From: Octopus sinensis
Taxonomy: Eukaryota
Reading direction: 5' to 3'
Assembly (NCBI RefSeq): GCF_006345805.1
Contig: NC_043013.1
Location: forward strand, 56,916,001-56,980,000
Length of the DNA: 64,000 bases
This document shows positions 14,076 to 26,909 of this stretch, piece by piece. The notes under the pieces were generated by a model that saw nothing but the letters and a program-made list of their open reading frames with translations, was not told the origin of the DNA and ran no database searches. A program made the translations under genes and the position numbers. Numbering within the stretch: position 1 is the first letter of the stretch; every line of letters starts with the position of its first letter.

Positions 14076-14384
14076 CTAACTATCTGTCTGTCAGTCTGTC
14101 TATCAATCTGGCTATTTATCTCTGCAAATGTATATATGCATGCATTTAAATCTGTATGCATATATATATATATATATTAAGAACAATCTTACTTAGAAAT
14201 GGATGTGTGCGTTCTGTCATATAATAAATTAATAAATAAATAAAACATATGCATATATACATACATATATATGTACATACCTACCTCTACTTTTACCCCT
14301 CGGCAAAAAAATCTCAAATTTTATTTAATTTGATTTTCGCGGGAAGGATTGTTTCATTAAAGTCATATCTCACCTTTACCTTCG

Positions 14385-14560
14385 AAACGTGGAGTAGATG
14401 AAACAAAGGCGACTGAAGAAGGGGAATTTTCCTTGTTTTGTTTGTCCTGTACTCTATTTTTTCGTTGTTTAAGAAAAATGTTCATTTCCTTGGTTTTGTG
14501 TTTATGTTTTCGTTTCTCATTGTGTTCGACGTTTTTTTGGTGTCCTGTACCCATATATGC
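14385..14560. repeat. Interspersed repeat family; related copies at about 46990-47210 and 53290-53410
   Basis: Shared CGAAAYGTGGAGTAGAT...T-rich...GACATCCTGTACCCATATATGC. Confidence 0.6.
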
Positions 14561-15209
14561 ATGTATATATACATGTAGAGGTAGGTATGTACATATATGT
14601 ATGTATATATGCATATGTTTTATTTATTTATTAACTTATTATATGTGTGTGTGTGTGAGGATATCATCTTGCTTCTCCACCTCATATCCTTTCTTTTTCT
14701 CTCCTCATACTTCTCCAAATCGTTTTTGTTGTCTTTCTCATCATCATCATCATCATCATCATCATCTTACATGTGCTTTCCATGGTGCCAAGTGTTGGAT
14801 GGATCTTTAAGGTTCAAGTCAGTTCTTATTCACGACACTTGTTGTTATTGTTCTTTTTCTTCTTCTTCTTCCTCCTCTGCCTCATCATCATCATCATCAT
14901 TTTATAAAAATCTATATTCCAAGCTTCTCTTTAATACCTACAAATTACATCAACCAATGAACTTGACTGTCTTTCATCAAAGATAAATTTAATAAATATT
15001 AGATTATTTCTATATTATTTCTCAAACATTTTGGAGCCCATTTCAAGAATATTTGGCGACAGAATTTTGAAAATATGTAAAAAAAAGAATAAGCATAAAA
15101 TGGCTTTTTAATATGCAGATTTATTACACGTGTATATGTGATTGTATGATAGCATAAAAATATATGCATATATATATGCAGATGTGTGAACGAGTGTATA
15201 TATTTACAG

Positions 15210-15244
<35 letters not shown>

Positions 15245-15879
15245 GTGTGTGTGTGTGTGTGTGTGTGCGTGTGTGTGTGTGTGTATTTATGTATATATAC
15301 ATGTATATAAACATGTATATATATATATACATACATACATACATACATGCATATATTTGTATATATTTTTATATAAATGTTATATTTTATCAAGTTTAAT
15401 TTCAGTATAACCCTGAGGTTTTTATCCTCAAATTGTTAAAAAGAATTTAATCTTTAAAGATATTTCTTTGCAAAACTTTATTGAATTACATAAACAGAGA
15501 ATCCCGAGTAACTCTGCAATATCTTCTTCACTTCTTATAATTTCCATAAAATAATCTTCTGTGATAAAATTTTTTCGTGTTTTTAACTTTTCTATTTTTT
15601 GTTATATTTGATCATTTTCTGTTGTAATGAAACTGAGTCGCATTTTTATGATTTCACTTTTGATGAATTTAAAAGATAACTTGAGATAATTCATTTCATG
15701 CACAGGAAAAAAAAAGCATCGTATTTTTGCTCTTGCAAAATGGGCTGTGATGGGGTTCATGCTTGCACTGAGAATTGAACCCTCTTCATTGATTTTGCTA
15801 TTGGGTATGTGAGCCTGATGCTCTCACCTTCACATTATTGTTATTGAGGGTTGATATAATACATGTATTTATTTCTTAA

Positions 15880-16200
15880 CACCTTTGCATTCATGGATTA
15901 CTGAGTGTTAACTGGCTCTGCATCAGTTACAACAAATGATCCAATTGATTTGATCGATGGAATAGCCTGCTCATGGAATTAGCATTCAAGTGACTGAATG
16001 CTCCACACTCCCCTTCACATAGTTCCCAGAATGTGATGAGGCTGGCCCTTTTGAATTACAGGTGCAACTTGAAGTTGCTAGCTGAGTGGACTGGAGCAAC
16101 ATGAAAAAAAAGTGTCTTGCTCAAGGACGCAGTGTACCACCTGGTATTGAACTGACAACCTTACATTCACAAGGTGAACATCCTAACCACTGAGCCATGT
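15880..16200 (-). mobile_element. tRNA-derived SINE, decayed
   Basis: Minus-strand head TGGCTCAGTGGTTAGG (A box) and AGTTCAATACC (B box), followed by the conserved GTCCTTGAGCAAGACACTT block. Confidence 0.7.
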
Positions 16201-18914
16201 ACATTGTCCTGTCAAGTGTAACGATTATTCATTCAGACTGTCTTGAAATAGTCATGGTTTTTCTTTGAGATTTTGATGATAGAATTATTTATTTGGTGTG
16301 AGAGGCTGGATCTGACCCGTCTGAACATAAAACAAGATGGATTATATGAACTGGAGACAGCCAGTTGAAATGGTAAAGGATTAAAATACATCATTTTACT
16401 TTTTTGCCTTTTATAGAAAGCATGTAATTTAAATACATAAAAACCCTATTTGATGTGTCTGTTGGTGGTCAAAGTGTATTTGTTTGGAAAGCAACAGGAG
16501 TCAAAGTGCAGCAAAGGTCATGCAGGCCTCTTCTGCCTGTAATCTATACCAATAATGCAATATATTTCCTCCTGTTTTTTAATGTCCACTATCCATGTTT
16601 GCATGGTTTGACCAGATCACACATGTCCAGAGACTGTATTCGGCTCAAATGTCTGCTTTGAAATAGTCATAAAGCCAGGCAACTTTTTGAATAGCCACCC
16701 AGAATGTACTGTTTCATTGCACCAACACTAGTGAGGTTACTGAGCATCATAAGATTGAAATCCCTAAGGACTGGGGTAGGAGTGGGGCGGCAACAGTAAA
16801 GTGGAAGGGAGTTTTATGTAAGAAGACAGACAGAAACTCGTGTTATTAATATTAGAGCTTAAATTCTTTGTGACATTTCAGAAGTAACAAACAAGTAGAT
16901 GTACACACAGCACACAATGATAGCCATTAACTCTGTTTTGCCACAGTCCACCTATATCATGAGAAATATATATCAGACCATTGGATGATGATGACAATGA
17001 TGATGATGATGATGATGATAATGATGATGACGATGATGATGACGACGATGATGATGATGAATAAATTTGCCTGTAATATTTTAGTGTCCTGTTCAGATGA
17101 AGTTTTATTTTTCTTCTGCTGTTAAAATTCTATTAGGGTTTAAAACTTAATTTTATTATGATCCCATCATGTTTTGCAGACATAATCCACCAAGGACTAC
17201 ATTATCTAATGTGCTCTGCATTTTAGTAAGAAGTGTGTGATTTTAGTAAGCTTAAGCTGTTATTTCTAGCAAATCAAACAACTATAGAGACGTGCTATCA
17301 TTGAATTTAGTTTCTTGTATGATGACATACAGCATTGCCTCAGTTGAATTTGAACTCAGATCCCTACCATTAAAGAAGGGTGACATTACTTTAATAGTGG
17401 AATCTTCTTGGACAAGCAAAGCATAGACTTCCAATATTTACAATCAAATAGGTTGTTGTTGTTGCTATTGTTATAGCCTTGAGTCTGCCAGGCTGGGCAG
17501 AGATCTTGGTTTTAAAAGCTCTCCAGCTATGGCTGTCCTGTCTATTATGATAACCACTACATTGTTCAGTGTAGGTTTAACTGTTTAGACTGTATACCAT
17601 AATTTGAGGAAGGTTTGACTACTGTTTCTAGCAGGCCAAAAACTTTGTAGTTTTCTTTTTGATCCCAGAAATGAATATAAACAACAAAGACATAATTGTT
17701 CAACAACAGGAGTGGAATTGAACCAGTCATCATCATCATCGTCGTTTAATGTCTGCTTTCCATGCTGGCATGGGTTGGGAGGTTTGACTGAGGCCTGGCA
17801 AGCCAGAAGGCTGCACCAGGCTCCAATCTGATCTGGCAAAGTTTCTACAGCTAAATGCCCTTCTTAATGCCAACCACTCTGAGAGTGTAGTTGGTGCTTT
17901 TTGAATGCCACTGGCACGAGGGCCAGTCAGACAGTACTGGCATTGAACACACCCAGTGCGTGTGTTAATATTATCACAATGACCCTCCCAAAACACAATA
18001 TCAGTTTCCCTTCCTTTTCCTTTGTTCAGATTCTGGTGTTAATTTCCTGTTGTTTTCTTCAGCTTCGTCATTGTTGATAAAAATAATCAGCAGAAACTAT
18101 GTTTGGAGGTCAGTTCCATTAACCCGATGCCTACAATTGCCATCTTTCAGAAACTGTTTTATATGGCACTTATATACTTCTGAGAGAAACCATTATTTAC
18201 ATGAAGAAACATTCATGTTTGCATAGGAAAGAATCAAGCATTTGTCAAATGTGTGGTTGTAGTGGTGGGTGAGGATGGAGCAAGAATTGCATGATATATC
18301 TCTTAAATCTAATAATTCTTTGAATTAACTGCTGTTTATATGTTTACCATTTATTTATTGCTTCCACTCTGCTTTTGTTTCTGACCAAACTGAAAGATTC
18401 CGTCCTTCATTGCTGGATTATTTCCGGTCATTTCCAGTTGGTCGTTTCACTGCTTTCACCATGGTAATTGAGATCAGAAATTCGTTTCAAAGTCTTGGAG
18501 TGTTCTTTATGTCAATTCAGTCATCTTAAATAATTCCTGAAAGAAAACTGAAGAAGATAAAGAAAAACAGGGTTAAAAGTCAATCACTAAATATAATTAA
18601 AATACAGGATTTTTAACTGCCATTAAAGATTGCCAAAAGAAATTTTCCTCTAACAACATTTTCTGCTCTGTTCCAGCAGTACAATAATGGTAAGTTCCAA
18701 ATGAAATCGTAATACTTCATTAAGCACAAACACACACACACACATTCATATCATAGTATGCATACGCTGACATTCACCTATATGTGTAATGCACATATAC
18801 ATATGCACACGTACATGTATGTGTGTATGTATATGTATATATCTACACACAGATATCAGTTAATCTATTCATCTATCTCTATCTCCCTATATAAATACAT
18901 GCACACACATGTAT

Positions 18915-18949
<35 letters not shown>

Positions 18950-19579
18950 AGAAATCAGTGGAGTGAGGTGGTGAACGGATATGATGCAGAGCCAGGACGA
19001 ATTTATGGCTTCATGGTTCAAATCTCTCGCCAGTCTTATATGATTTAAAAGGCCAGAGCACATTAATATTCTATTGTCCCAAATCATGGTTTCCGAAGAG
19101 ATGCCAAAGATTTTGGTGCTGAATATTGGAATGGATAACGATTACATGAGAATCACTTGCAGTCAGAAATATTTCCATCTTATTATTTTGTTTGTTTTCC
19201 TTTGTTGCAAGGCCTGTTGCTTCTAAGTATTTATATCTTACACTGATTTCACAAATATAAACCAGTTGTTTAACATCTAGTGGTCAGTTGGGTCATTCTC
19301 TTAGTGACCACCAATATTGATCTTCTTCTTCCTTCAACTTGTCAGGTGTTTAAATGGCTACAGGTGGAAATGCAAACAATTTGATTCCAGCCTCCATTAT
19401 TTTTCTCCTGTCTCCACAGTATCATTTTGAGTTCATCATCAACAACAGCAGCAGCAGCAGCAACATTTACAACGTAGCCGTTGTCGCCACCACCACCACC
19501 ACCACCACCACCTATTTCTTTACTACCCACAAGGGGCTAAAGACAGAGAGGACAAACAAGGACAGACAAATGGATTAAG

Positions 19580-19735
19580 TTGTTTACATCGGCCCCAGTA
19601 CGTAACTGGTACTTAATTTATCGACCCTGAAAGGTTGAAAGGCAAAGTCGACCTTGGTGGAATTTGAACTCAGAACATAATGGCAGACGAAATACGGCTA
19701 CGCATTTTGCCCGGCGTGCTAACGTTTCTGCCGGT
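19580..19735 (-). mobile_element. tRNA-derived SINE with Deu/Nin-like core
   Basis: GGCAGAAACGTTAGCACGCCGG...GAGTTCAAATTCC (B box)...GTCGACTTTGCCTTTCAACCTTTCAGGGTCGATAAATTAAGTACCAG. Confidence 0.8.
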
Positions 19736-19959
19736 CGTGGCCATTATCATCATCATCATCAACAGCACTAACCACAACAACATCGTTGTCATGCTTGCAT
19801 GGATCAGTCAGAATATGTCCAGGCAGATTTTCTGGGACTGAATGCCTTTTCCGTCACTAACCCTCACCTGTTTCCAACCAAGATAATACTTCTCTGTTTT
19901 AGATGCTGAAGTTTTAAGCAGAGGAATATCACAAAATTGTCTTTTTTGTGCGATGGAAA

Positions 19960-20760
19960 ATATGGATTCAATAACAGCTGAATTAGTTCCAACCAAAGAA
20001 GACCATTTACGAAGAGACCAAACAAAAGACGTTGCAGTAGTTTGTATTGTTAGTTGTAGAATAATGAAGGCAGAGGTTCAGTGTCTTTGACTCAGGGTGC
20101 AGAGAATGAAATTATACATTGTATCCCAGGTAACGAATGGAGTTTTGATGGAAGAGAAGATATTTGTCATTGTTGATTCTCAGCATGATGAAATAAATCA
20201 AGCCAAGTTCTTGTTGTGTTCCTCATTTTGTCAATGACAATAACTTCAACGAGAGGCATGGACTCCTTTGATGTCATTCTTGGTAATTCTTCTGTTCAAC
20301 ACTCTTTGAAAATCACTTACAGCATTAGTCACACCAAAGGGTAACATTATTATGAAGAATGAACATCCATCAATGTCTGTTATCTTGACTGGGAAGTGGA
20401 ATCTGATGGTGGGCTGGTTCCATATCTTTAGATATAAATTGTTGAAGAATCTATTGTAGGAAATAGAACTTATGAGATTTTCAATTTCCCAAAATGAATA
20501 GACACCAAGAAAGTAGCAGAAATTAATAATTTTGTGAAGAGCTGATCAAACGATGTTTTTGTGGCAGCCATGGGGAGAGTGGAGGCTCAAAAGTCTGACA
20601 CCTATGAATCCCTTTCTTAATAAGCATTTCATGAAGTGAATAAAAGGGTGAGATTTACTAGGAATTGGTCTTAAATCCTTATAAAAAAGGATACAAGGGA
20701 ACACATAGCCATGAACATTAGTATCACAGGAACAAAACTATCAGCTGCTTTAGTGATTCT
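19960..20760 (-). mobile_element. Degraded Ty3/Gypsy pol (RT) remnant
   Basis: LPFGVTNAVSDFQRVLNR at 20292-20345 and SIRYLGYN at about 20117-20140; many stops; boundaries approximate. Confidence 0.7.
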
Positions 20761-21651
20761 TAAGATTTACATCTGAGACAGTTGAGTCATTTATGGAAAT
20801 CATTTCACTGGAACCAAAAAATGCTTCTCCTCCATGAAATGTTTGAAATAGAGAGAAAGAATTGCAAATGAATCAGTTTAGATTGTATTGTAATGATGTT
20901 GTTAAAAAGTTGGGAGAGTATGATTTCTGGGTTGGACTTTATCAAACATTTATAATAGATATTTGGTAATCGTCTTGTATTTGTCAGTGTGGCATAGCAA
21001 ACAATCGACTTCACGTGCACACAACAACAACAAAATCAAACAATAATAGAATTGAGTTAAAAATGATGAAAGTCAAAGAGAAGCAACATTCTCCCGCATT
21101 CTTTATTTTTGGAATATTTTAGCTGATACTCTCAACTTCTCCATAATTTAATACTCCAAATAATTGCTAACCTAACTCCACACTTACATGTTATGCAAAA
21201 TCTTCCTTACACACTTTCTCCAGATTATCCTCTTTTTTTCTTTTTTACTCTTCTTAAAATCTTATTAAAGAAAACCATTTAGAAAATATGGAAAAGAAAT
21301 CAATCAATAAGCAAATCGAGAAGCTACAGAGAAAAAATATCATTAAGTTAGAAAATAATGGGAAAAATTGGTATAATGTATAAAAAAGGGGATGGGATCA
21401 AGGAAATATCAGGTATATAAAATATATCGTGAAAATAGAAAGAGTTTCTCAAATTTAAAGACAAATTTATAGAAGTCCTTCCTATGATGCAAAAGGATAA
21501 AATATATTGGAAAATTTGAACATTCTCTCATGAAGATCACATGTTTGAAGTAAATTATATATATATATGTATATTTATATATATGTATATATATGTGTGT
21601 ATATATATATATATATATGAGTGTATATGTGTATATATACACTCATATATA

Positions 21652-24460
21652 TGCTATGTACATCCGTGAGGACCTCACACCCCAGGTCCTTTTGTCATAC
21701 TCAAACTTGGTGTGTGACACACTAATTGTACATGTAAGACAAATTGGTGTAGTTGTGTGTGCTACATATCACCCTCCAGATGCCCCAAGCCATATGGGCA
21801 AGTTTGAAGACTGCCTTATAAAAATAGAAGTTCTAGTCACACTAGAACAGCACATAAGTGTACTTCTCATGGGAAACTTCAATCTACCCAATGTCAGATG
21901 GCCTGAGGGCCTTTCTCTCCCAGGAATGACAAGATGTGAACGAGGACAGGCGAGGTCCCACCTGAACCTCATCAACACCCTGTACATGGAGCAAGTAATA
22001 CTCCAACCAACCAGGGCAGGTAACACACTGGATCTCTGCTTCACAAATAATATGGATCTCATCCATAATGTGAAAGTGACACCGACACTACTCTCGGATC
22101 ACAACATGGTAGAGCGGACTATGTACGGGCCAAAGGAAAGTATGGACATGCAGCCTACAAGAAACTCTCAGAATCTTTCCAGCTTGAACTTCAATAAGGC
22201 AAACTGGAAACAAATTGGGAAAGAGATCCTCAAACAAAACTGGCCTGAATGTCTCTCCTCGCCAGACATCGACATGAAACTTCAACAATTCATGTCTGTA
22301 ATGCAAGCCATATGCTACAAATGTGTCCCAGAGAGAAAGGCCACTATACACAAGAATAAAATCCCCAGAGAGAGGAAAATTCTAATGAGACGGCGTACAA
22401 AAATCTCAAATCGCCTAAACAAACAAATTGAAAGCAGTGAAAAGTCCCGCCTGAAAATAAAACTGTTGGAAATTGAAAAATGTCTGCAACTCTCCCATGA
22501 AAAAGAAAGAGCAGACAAAGAACCCTGGGCTATAGACAACATAAAATCTAATCCCAGAGCTTTCTACAGGTATGCCAAAGAAACAGCTACGGTGCACTGT
22601 AGAATAGGGCCACTCCTTGAAAGGGATGGCACACTCACAGGAAATCCAATGAGGGTAAGTGAAATACTAAATGAGCAATTCAAGAGTGTTTTCACCCCAC
22701 CCTTTGGGTATTTCCAAATCAGCAATCCAACTGACTTCTTCACCACTGCAGATATGGTGTCAGAGGCGGCGATGATTGATTACATCAATATAAAGGAAGA
22801 CGATGTAATAAAGGCTATAGATGAGATGAAAACAAACTCAGCTACTGGCCCCGATGGATTCCCGGCAATCCTTCTAAAAGTATGTAAGAGAGTCCTAGCA
22901 AGACCACTGCAGTCTCTCTTTCAGAGCTTCCTTGCAACTGGCAAACTTCCAAGAAAACTGAAGGAAGGTAAAATATGCCCTATTCATAAAGGAGGTAGCA
23001 GAGCGGAGGCCAAGAACTACAGACCTATCTCTCTGACCTCACACATCAGCAAGGTCATGGAACGAATAGTCAGAAGGAAACTAATCACCTTCCTTGAAGA
23101 AAATGACTTGCTGCCTGACACCCAACATGGTTTCCGACCAGGAAGAAGCTGCTTAACTCAGCTCCTACAACACTATGACTGGGTGCTGAAACGACTGCTC
23201 AACCACTCAAATGTGGAAGTCATATATCTCGACTTTGCAAAGTCGATCATGGAATGATATGTCACAAACTGCGTGATCTTGGCATAGTTGGATAATTGGG
23301 AGAATGGCTTCATGACTTTCTGAAGAATAGAAGTCAGGTGGTAGTAGCCATTAACACGCAAATAGTGAGCAGTGTTCTGCAGGGCACTGTTTTGGGACCA
23401 CTACTGTTCATAATGGCCCTCTCAGACATGCCCTCAGCCACGCAGAGAGCCACGATCACAAGTTATGCAGATGATACAAAAGTTTCACAGGCAATACAGA
23501 ACCCTGAAGACACTAAGCACCTGCAATGTGAGCTGGACAAAATATACAAGTGGGCTGAAAAGAATAGCATGCAGCTCAATGCTGAAAAGTTTCAAGCTTT
23601 ATGCTATCAGCATGCAAAACTGAATGCAATACCCATTGAATACACTGGACCCGGAGGGATTGCAATCCCAGAGGCACAATCAGTGCGTGACCTGGGTATT
23701 CACATGAGTGATGACGCGACCTTTCATGTACATGTTGCTAAACTGGCAATGAAATGTAGACGGCTGGCCGGATGGATTCTTAGAACCTTTAGAACAAGAG
23801 AACAAGAAACCATGATGGTCCTCTAGAAGACACTTGTCCTAAGCCACTTTGACTATTGCTCTCAGCTATGGTCACCATTCAGTGTCAAGTTGATCACAGA
23901 ACTTGAGGCGATCCAACGTAGCTACACGAAGAAGATAGCCTCTGTGCAGCATATAAGCTACTGGGAAAGACTCAAGAGATTAAAGCTCTATTCCCTGGAG
24001 CGTAGGCGAGAAAGATATGCCATAATATATATCTGGAAGATCCTGGAAGGACTTGTCCCAAACTTTGGCATCGAGAGTCACACAAATGCCAGAACCGGGC
24101 GCCACTGCGTAGTACCAAGGACTCCAAATTTGCCATCAAGATGTAGGACAAGATACTGTGATAGCCTGGGCTTCAGAGGCCCACAGCTCTTCAATATTCT
24201 CCCGAAGAACCTGAGAGACCTGCATGGTGTAGATGCGGATGTCTTTAAAGTAGGACTGGATCTCTTCCTGTCCGGTGTCCCGGATGAACCAACTTCACGG
24301 CAGGAGGTGCAGATGAGGGCAGCTGCATCGAACTCTCTCATGCACCAAATGGCAGTTGCTAAAAAGCATTCGTGAGGTAAAATCATGTAGCAAACCAAAT
24401 GGCGGTGCCCCAGCATGGCCACAGCTCATTAGCTGAAACTGGAAAAATCAAAATCAAAAT
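21652..24460 (+). mobile_element. CR1/L2-group LINE, 5'-truncated ORF2 (APE and RT) with 3' tail; frameshifts and stops
   Basis: LMGNFNLP, LDLCFTN, LLSDH, YRPISLTSH, QHGFRPGRSC, LDFAK, QGTVLGPLLF, YADDTK; tail GGCGGTGCCCCAGCATGGCC...(CAAAAT)n. Confidence 0.95.
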
Positions 24461-24867
24461 CATATATATGTGTGTGTGTATATTTAGATATATATGTGTA
24501 TATTTATATATATATATATATTATATATATATATATGTATATGGGTATATATATATATATATGTGTATATTTATATATATATGTGTATATTTATATATAT
24601 TTATATATATATATATATGTATATTTATATATTTATATATATGTATATAATTATATATTTATATAATTTTATATATATATATACATGTATATTTATATAA
24701 ATATATATATATATACAAACAAAATAAGCAACAAGGATATCCAAGGTAGTGTAGTAAAATCGTTTCATGCTACTTCGTTTAATTAAACAATGTAAGTATA
24801 CTTGTGCCTTTAACTTAAGTACCATATTCATGTGAATCTAAATTTTTGCTGAACTTATATAATATAT

Positions 24868-24909
<42 letters not shown>

Positions 24910-24923
24910 TATATTTATATATA

Positions 24924-24967
<44 letters not shown>

Positions 24968-24968
24968 A

Positions 24969-25567
24969 TTGTTATATTTCGGAATGGTCATTTTGCCAGT
25001 TTAATCAATAAAAACACACGCACTATATATTTGGTGTTACTTTGCTTCAGTGTTATTTATTTTTTACATTAATCTTAATCTTATTTCGGCCAGAGTTCTT
25101 TCGTCACACTCCTTTGACCGCATCAGTGGTCCTTTGTTTTCTTCTCACTTATTTGTGTCTCTCCTTACTAACCGTCAGCCATTTTGTATTTCTATTGTAT
25201 GTCTTCATTTGCGCATGCTTATATCTCTATGTGCGTTTATGTTTATTTAGTGTGTGTATGTTGGGGATGCCTGTAATATTTGTATCTTCTGTTTATATAT
25301 GTTCATGTAATTTGTAATTTTATATGTTCATGTAATTTGTATTTTGTATTTTGTTTTTTGTTTTTGTTTATTCTTATTTTGTTCATGTGTTTACATCCAC
25401 CCATTATTATCATTACATATGCTTGTATGTATGTATGTATGTATGTATGTATGTATGCATGTATGTATGTATGTATAACAACAATACTAGTAATAATAAT
25501 AATAAATTGAATCGAAAAAAAAAATATATATATATATATACATATATATACATATACATATACATAT

Positions 25568-25598
<31 letters not shown>

Positions 25599-26909
25599 GT
25601 TATTTATTTATTCATCTGTGTATTTATTATGTTTTCAGGATCCTCTATCGTCATATGTTGTGGTGTGTGTTAGTGCTCCATTCTAGTTTCCTATTCAGGC
25701 TAGGTTTATTTTCTATTATGTGTGTAGCTTCTGTAATTTGTCTAATTGTTGCATCTGATCTGTGTGTGGATAATATTTTAATTTCTATGTTATTGATTGA
25801 TCCCCCGTGTTCCTGTTCGGCGTGTTGGTACAGAATCGATGAGCTTTTACCTTCTTTGAGTTGTCTCCAATGTTCATTTACCCGCTCTCCTATGCTTCTT
25901 GCCGTTTCCCCTATGTATGTCGTTGTCTTGTTACTGCATCCTCCCTCTATACATCTTATACTATAGACTACATTTCTGGCTTTACAGTTTGTTTGTGGGC
26001 TAAATCTACATACAGTACAGTACCTATCTGTACAGGGGGTTCTACTAAAAGGATAGATTCTACCAATTATAGATTTGATAGGGTTGCCTGGCTTTTCAAC
26101 AACCTTAATTCTTACCTTAAGTTTGTCTAGGGTCCTTCTAAAGTGATACGCCAGTTCACCTCCAGGGGTGGTGTCAACGAACATGACACTCTGGTATTTA
26201 TGGCTATCATACCAAGAGTTGGCTTTCCCTATTTTCTTTTTTGTCCTTTCTATTGTGTTCCATGTCTTGTTCCTATAGAGTGGGCAAATACCATTCCTAT
26301 CATTACATAATATATTATCAAATTTCTTAATGGCTCCTTTGTATACTCTGATCCTTTCTTTATGGCTGTAACCTGAGAACTGCATGCGGTGAATGAAATA
26401 TTGTATGTGTCTCTTTAACTCTGTGGGCTCGCACATGCATGACACATTTCTCATTATTCTGACGAGGTCTGCCATCAAAATATTGAATTTGGCATTGTCC
26501 GCAATGGCTGAGTTCCGGTGGATCAAGTATTTTGAGGCCATAGGTTTGGCATAGTATGAATGAAGGATTTGGGTTTTATTATTCACAATTTCTAGCCAGA
26601 GTTCCTTGTCTAGTACTGGTAGTCTATGGTTGGGGTGTTTAGTGGGGTAGTCTATTGTGACCTTAATACTCTGGTGGATGGAGTTAGCTATTTGCTGGAT
26701 GCTCTCCATAGTATTAGTTTCTATTACTATATCAACATTACTCTCTTGTGGGGGTGCCTTTACCACTATGTTGATATCATCAACATAGCGAGAGTACATG
26801 TTTACGAGTATGGAGTTCTGTGTTAGGCGTTCTTTAAGCCTGCTGTCCCACCTTACCATGAAAAGGTTGGCCACATCACCAGCGATACTAACGCCGATGG
26901 CTGCCCCCT
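24969..26909 (-). mobile_element. Penelope-like element family 1, 5'-truncated, with an open 407-aa RT-C-terminal and GIY-YIG ORF (25651-26874)
   Basis: GAAIGVSIAGDVANLFM, RYVDDI, LPVLD, VYSIRC...YIGETARSIGERVNEH...EATHI...LNRK. Confidence 0.95.
25088..25132 (-). ncRNA. Second copy of the PLE1 hammerhead-like variant
   Basis: CCA CTGATGC G GTCA-aaggagtg-TGAC GAAA GAACT C TGG; same C9 core; CUC triplet. Confidence 0.5.

Noticed and set aside
14385-14435. CGAAACGTG...CTGAAGAAGGGG as a type II hammerhead
   Set aside because: G at the cleavage position and no stem I; at most a decayed remnant.
2930-19400. Possible host exons (about 2937-3050 +, 5703-5760 +, 6070-6094 +, 18344-18536 -)
   Set aside because: Splice-like signals are present, but there is no recognisable protein, no consistent strand or phase, and stops occur in some frames; RNA-seq would be needed.
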